Part shown: piece after piece, positions 61,301-64,000 of the stretch
How positions within the stretch are numbered: the first letter of the stretch is position 1
Layout of the letters: every line of letters starts with the position of its first letter
Source: an uncultured Gammaproteobacteria bacterium
Lineage (GTDB): Bacteria; Patescibacteriota; Microgenomatia; PFEM01; JAPLYW01
Assembly: GCA_965230945.1 (NCBI GenBank)
Contig: OZ246397.1
Span: 438,284-502,283, forward strand
Direction of reading: 5' to 3'
Length of the DNA stretch: 64,000 nucleotides
Translations under genes and position numbers: made by a program
Notes under the pieces: generated by a model
The model's input: only the letters and a program-made list of their open reading frames with translations
The model's database searches: none
Told to the model about the DNA's origin: nothing

Positions 61301-61846
61301 TCCACTAGTTGGGTCGATAAAGGTAGATGTAATTTTGCCTTGAAGATCTTTTTTAGGGACAACTTTGTTTAAATTTAAAGCAAAAGTTAAAACTTTATCT
61401 AGGTTTTGGACGCTTTCAGGTGAGTTTAATTTAATTTCTTCCTTTACTCCTTTTTCAATGAGGGTATAAATTAAATCAATTCCTGGATAAACGTTTTTAT
61501 AAATCACAGTTTTTTCATCTTTCTTTTCAAATTTGATTTTGTCGTTTGAAACGTTATTGGCTAAAGAGAATTCAATAGAAGAACCAGAGGTAGAAAACTT
61601 AATCTTAGTTGATTTTTCATCAAGACGGTTGCCTAGATATATCTTGAAATCTTTTGAATTGTTTTGATATATATAATTGGTTACCCTAGGAGCATCTTGA
61701 AGGATAATGTTATCCGCTTTTTTGTTGCTATTTTTTACGGCTAGGATAGAGATAAGAGTGGTTACAAAAATAGCTATTGCAAATAAAATTAGCTTTTTGT
61801 TTTTCTGGATAATTTTTTTGGTGATTAAGATTTTACTTTTTCTCAT
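55379..61846 (-). CDS. Giant surface protein (2155 aa): N-terminal anchor, Gly-rich domain, three LamG/ConA domains, DUF2341-like domain, two Ig/FN3-like repeats and a terminal FN3
   Basis: Three LWH..E...D.S....G...F.G.IDEVRISN..R modules; F.DL.F....LDYWIE...VWV; duplicated PT.LLTEGQTNP...TYYWRIK repeat. Confidence 0.85.
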   Translation of the reverse strand: MRKSKILITKKIIQKNKKLILFAIAIFVTTLISILAVKNSNKKADNIILQDAPRVTNYIYQNNSKDFKIYLGNRLDEKSTKIKFSTSGSSIEFSLANNVSNDKIKFEKKDEKTVIYKNVYPGIDLIYTLIEKGVKEEIKLNSPESVQNLDKVLTFALNLNKVVPKKDLQGKITSTFIDPTSGEYRFHFEKPFMIDAGNNRSNNIPLTITSSSTLSQKSQPIQYYAHFNPDVNWLKTALYPVIIDPTIVHDEQSDFTSGQLNRVKDVGNFVTGGTITYSEGYTIHTFTSDGTFTTNIPLKVDVLIVAGGGGGGHHTNNTGGGGGAGGLLYETDHDVTRGSELTVTVGAGGGGGDDAAGTKGDNSVFDNITAEGGGAGSYGDGGAGGSGGGAGNAGTRTGGAGNAGPPRQGYNGGNGITDTDWRLFAAGGGGGAGAVGANAAKGAGGDGGVGVDMSSYFGTSVGVSGWFAGGGGGSAFTGPPGTLGTGGQGGGGDGYRYGNSADTNGVANTGGGGGGNGGGNPGTKGGDGGSGIVIVRYPTIDTGPSIELYEQESPADLHTVGLWHMNETVNDSCSEGQDACDSSGNGNHGTATGTTITTTTQKLGAAGRSFNGSSDYILLPASSSFDLQNLSIEAWVYSDNFNRNMFIFEKTTNGSVNTQYSCFFAATDTFYFRTYNTSSNSDNLSFTTSSYFKNNQWNHVACTYNGSTKAVYVNGTLAASKSYSQTLITNPAGTSIIGAHGSGSYFFNGTIDEVRISNTARTPEEIKLDAQKRPYGVYTSQSIDLGTSVASLDSLQWTESITPPSTPDGWTKVKPVIIDNSQNSNTLTNYQVKLTVPYNSNMQSDFDDLKFTNSAGTNLDYWIEEKSDGVEAEVWVEVDSITASSKTTIFMWYGNSGASAGSDGGATFEFFDDFLGDSIDTTKWTITDGTGFSVSGGYLHGTNTTGRLTSISTFSSGIIQEIKAKSTSLATNGQMIGGFYLSSSNSIGWLNHPGNAYYRNDSSWMNKDDETPANNMLYTIKVKDSSTVNLNMYNLDLNSTYWNVGDLTNTVSSEPIALGRRYDSDSYNGQSYTTDWDRIIVRKYTSPEPTAGLGADIEFQTRTSANNSTWEEWKPISNETTILSMDSDATNWSTSNSNTLTKTDESTIKMEGNGSLKSTVGAPQVDGNTVALWHMEETSGTGAYIKDATANVNHGTPTGTTVVDGFYGKARSFNGSSDIITVGTTNRPTNTFTFSAWFTANSTHEIDAESTTSTTGISGQKYLFGAVNEGTNSGAGVSVGTNGISVYEHGSAYMPPLAVYNGTVPSGWNYLAIVYNNKTPSIYLNGTLVRTGLTSPKTTVYAPYQIGGGSYGYHDGQVDEVRISNVARTAEEIAEAYRAGKDHRLSRTLTSTDLSSKNKAPFYVAANRPGTYLETYVGETDHSVYGSDASTVSLWHLDEKSGSGAYIKDSSSNGNHGTPTGTTFTQGKIGKARSFASDSDYINVPDSASLDITGNLSIELWVKISSHSTYEYLISKGTSLGSYFIRISSGGGDDFEFFIYDGSSYEPRVNSNVTPNIGEWYHVAGTYNGTTLSIYVNGELKNTASRSVTIATNDNPLTIGASQFKGTIDEVRISNTTTRSADEIRQAYQYGLRTHQISVDYATTAGSDGPTSTSNYEFTPDSVTGLYTGDTVIIRENVDGTTYIMQGEVTSISSGLVTVSSWSGTAPSSGYSTNADVFKWQREYWDITDISTDDRDEITKLGIRVLDGSEGFDMYLDDFRSNSTYMTDPTGSTISSTPQRYFQYRAILTTNDTTVSPSLTSVTLNYTENQTPTAPTSLLTEGQTNPSQVPDTEPEFSAIYNDPDSDDIANKYRIQVDDDSEFGSPIWDSGASGTSMTNCNQGTRCADISYAGSALTGGITYYWRIKFFDDDCAESPWSTGTNTFSVNYTPLAPTSLLTEGQTNPTGVTDTTPEFSAIYNDTDTGDIADYYQIQVDDDSAFGSTLWDSDKTSLSPTCTAGDRCTDISYGGASTDLQWGATYYWRIKYWDDGGEEGAWSTESAYFTMSQIYAPTGCMIDDGSQPNQTIVKWNDNTSLETGYRVERSVDGGAYTLLTTEDADSTSSTDNTTSSEYTYQYRIRANSDNGNSEWCGTLTVDYSQGNINFSGVSVSGVTIK

Positions 61847-61848
61847 CT

Positions 61849-64000
61849 TTAATTAATAATCCACCAGTTAAACTTGATTTCCTGATTAATAGCCATATCA
61901 ATGGCTACCTTAAACCAACCGTCTTTATTGACACATTCAGATTTATTTTCTTCACAAATAATGTTAGCTTGTTTAGATTTAACAAAAAGGACTTTATTAG
62001 CAGTATCTGAAATAGGGGTAATATATATTAGACTTTGATCGGTAATTTTAGGATTGTAAATCATAATTTCTTCTTCATTAGTAGGGAGAATACCCATTCC
62101 AGAGGTAGCGTTGGTTTTTATCGCTGGAAGATAATTACCTGTCTCATCCCAATTATCATAGGCAGCAATAAGAGCGCCTGATTGAGTGGCTGAGTAATCA
62201 GCTTCAATGTCTAAAGAGCTAAAGTAGGCACTTCCTGAGGCATCAATGGAAGCAACTGTCTTACCGTCAAATCCTTTTACTAAGAGTTTGCCAAAAGCAG
62301 ATTCACTGGCTTCTGATGGCAATTCGATACCTGATTCACTGGCTACAGGAATTGTGGCTAGATCAATGACAAGGTCTTGGTTTTCAAGAGGCCTGATGGT
62401 ATTAGCAAAAAGACTGCCTTCAACGGTAACATCTTCACCAAAGACAACATTACCGCTTTGATCAATAATGATTTTGCCGGCTAAGATATCAATACCGCCT
62501 AGGCCTAGATTTTGTATATATAAAGGACCATAGAGAGTATTAATTGAATTATCAGCGATTGAGAGAGTACCGCCAATATTTAATGAACCGGTGGTATTAA
62601 CATCAGATAGGGTAGTGGTTCCTAAGACCATGAGATCATTTTCGAAGACATAGCCATTGGTTGGAATTTCGATGTCTTCATCGAATTCTTCATTTTCAGT
62701 ATCAATAGGAGTATTTAGTATTTCCGCAATTAAAGCTTCAATATCGTCTATTTCATCGAAGATATTGGCGCTTTCAGTAGCCATTGAGTCAGCGGAATCA
62801 GAAGCTTCATTTTGATAGATATTGGTGATGTTTTGAGTGATATAGGTGGCGGAAATACTGCTGGCGATTAGATCACCAAAGGTTCCATGTTTAGTTATAA
62901 TTTCTTCAGCATATAAAGTACCAGCGATACTAGCATCTTCTCCAACTGATAAACTTTCAGTAGTAAGTTCACCACTAAAACTGGCGTTTCCTTCTGAATC
63001 TATAGAGACAACTTCTTGTCCTTCCTTGCCTTTTATAATTAACCTGCCAAAGCTGGAGCCACTAGCTTCTTGATCATCAGTTAAAGTTTGTTGAAGATTA
63101 ATCACTATGTCTTGATCAGCTAGGGGAGTAAGTTCTGATAGACTTAATCTTTCGGTTTCAATTTCTTTGCTTTTAATAATAGGGCTGATTAATTCTTCTG
63201 TTTCGATCCGGCCGGCGCGAAGATTGGCGATAACTGCTTCAGAGAAAATACCAATTCTTTGGATAATTTCTCCTAGGCTATCTTTAAGATTATATTTGGC
63301 ATTAAGTTCTGCTTCTTCTTCATTTTCAGCTAGTTCTTCTCCAGTAATAGATAGTTCACCTGTTGAAGTTAGATAAATCTCCGGATCATACCAGCCGACA
63401 TTAACAAAAAGAGTAATTTTCCCGACATTATTAGGATCAGGATTATTGTAGGGTTCTAAGGCCTTTCCTACAATCGGTCCGGCTTTGATGGCTTTCATGG
63501 CCACTCCGGGAATATTTGAAGAAGTTAAATAATCTCCTACTTCAATTGGACCATTTTTTGTTGAGACTTTAACAGGGACCTGACCAATAAGAGCAACGAT
63601 TACATTAGATTTTTCATAACTTTCATCACAGCTTTGATCTTCCACCTGACACAAAGGTCCTCCACCCAAGAAGCCAGGAGAAGTCGATACCACACCGATT
63701 GGATTATCAGATTGTTTTTCGGTTTTTCTAACCGCTCTTGCTTTTTGATTATCAAAAGTTACCAACTCTCCCACTTCAGGAACTTGGTTTAGATTAGCAA
63801 TCAAGAAATATTCGGCAAGGTCAGTCCCGGTAGTAGTATAAGCTACAGCACTAGCTCCTCCCTGAATCTTACCAGCAACTGTGCCTGCTCCATCAGAAAA
63901 ACCAATAAAATAGTTTCCGGTGGTCCGGCTGGCATTGGCTACACCCAAACTAATCAACAAGGCATCGGCGCTAGTTGCCGTATCAGTATTATAAATTCGA
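61849..64000 (-). CDS. C-terminal part of a large surface/fibre-like protein with a peptidase G2/IMC-like autocleavage domain; 5' end lies outside the window
   Basis: Frame open to the window edge (RIYNTDTATSADAL...); DLAEYF...GVVST.PG...VAL.GQVPVKV...GD.LTSS..PG.AMKA...GKALE; acidic beta-rich repeats; ends FNWWIIN. Confidence 0.75.
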   Translation of the reverse strand, partial: RIYNTDTATSADALLISLGVANASRTTGNYFIGFSDGAGTVAGKIQGGASAVAYTTTGTDLAEYFLIANLNQVPEVGELVTFDNQKARAVRKTEKQSDNPIGVVSTSPGFLGGGPLCQVEDQSCDESYEKSNVIVALIGQVPVKVSTKNGPIEVGDYLTSSNIPGVAMKAIKAGPIVGKALEPYNNPDPNNVGKITLFVNVGWYDPEIYLTSTGELSITGEELAENEEEAELNAKYNLKDSLGEIIQRIGIFSEAVIANLRAGRIETEELISPIIKSKEIETERLSLSELTPLADQDIVINLQQTLTDDQEASGSSFGRLIIKGKEGQEVVSIDSEGNASFSGELTTESLSVGEDASIAGTLYAEEIITKHGTFGDLIASSISATYITQNITNIYQNEASDSADSMATESANIFDEIDDIEALIAEILNTPIDTENEEFDEDIEIPTNGYVFENDLMVLGTTTLSDVNTTGSLNIGGTLSIADNSINTLYGPLYIQNLGLGGIDILAGKIIIDQSGNVVFGEDVTVEGSLFANTIRPLENQDLVIDLATIPVASESGIELPSEASESAFGKLLVKGFDGKTVASIDASGSAYFSSLDIEADYSATQSGALIAAYDNWDETGNYLPAIKTNATSGMGILPTNEEEIMIYNPKITDQSLIYITPISDTANKVLFVKSKQANIICEENKSECVNKDGWFKVAIDMAINQEIKFNWWIIN

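Overview
64 kb of an AT-rich bacterial chromosome using genetic code 11. I infer it comes from a Patescibacteria/CPR organism, probably the Microgenomates group, based on two VirB4/TrwB-like ATPases, 16S primer-site mismatches, rRNA introns and giant LamG surface proteins. Contents in order: the 3' part of nrdJ; a small accessory island (about 6.1-10.4 kb) with a DUF3800-like gene; thyX; a Xer-type recombinase; a long + strand block of core and DNA-repair genes; a thioredoxin/ferredoxin/DsbA plus ATP-grasp cluster; mnmA; one rRNA set; rpsA, radA and rho; and large - strand surface-protein genes. The RNA genes are the most unusual part. There are three group I introns: a 201-nt intron in the anticodon loop of an atypical initiator tRNA, an ORF-less intron at 23S position 1917, and a 756-nt intron with a LAGLIDADG endonuclease that splits the sarcin-ricin loop after U2656. 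There is also a tRNA-Ile with a UAU anticodon, a 2.8-kb 16S-23S spacer containing an antisense ATPase gene, and a structured radA-rho intergenic region with a candidate sRNA and a 28-bp G.U-rich helix. I saw no CRISPR array, transposase or prophage. All calls were made by eye from motifs; no database searches were run.
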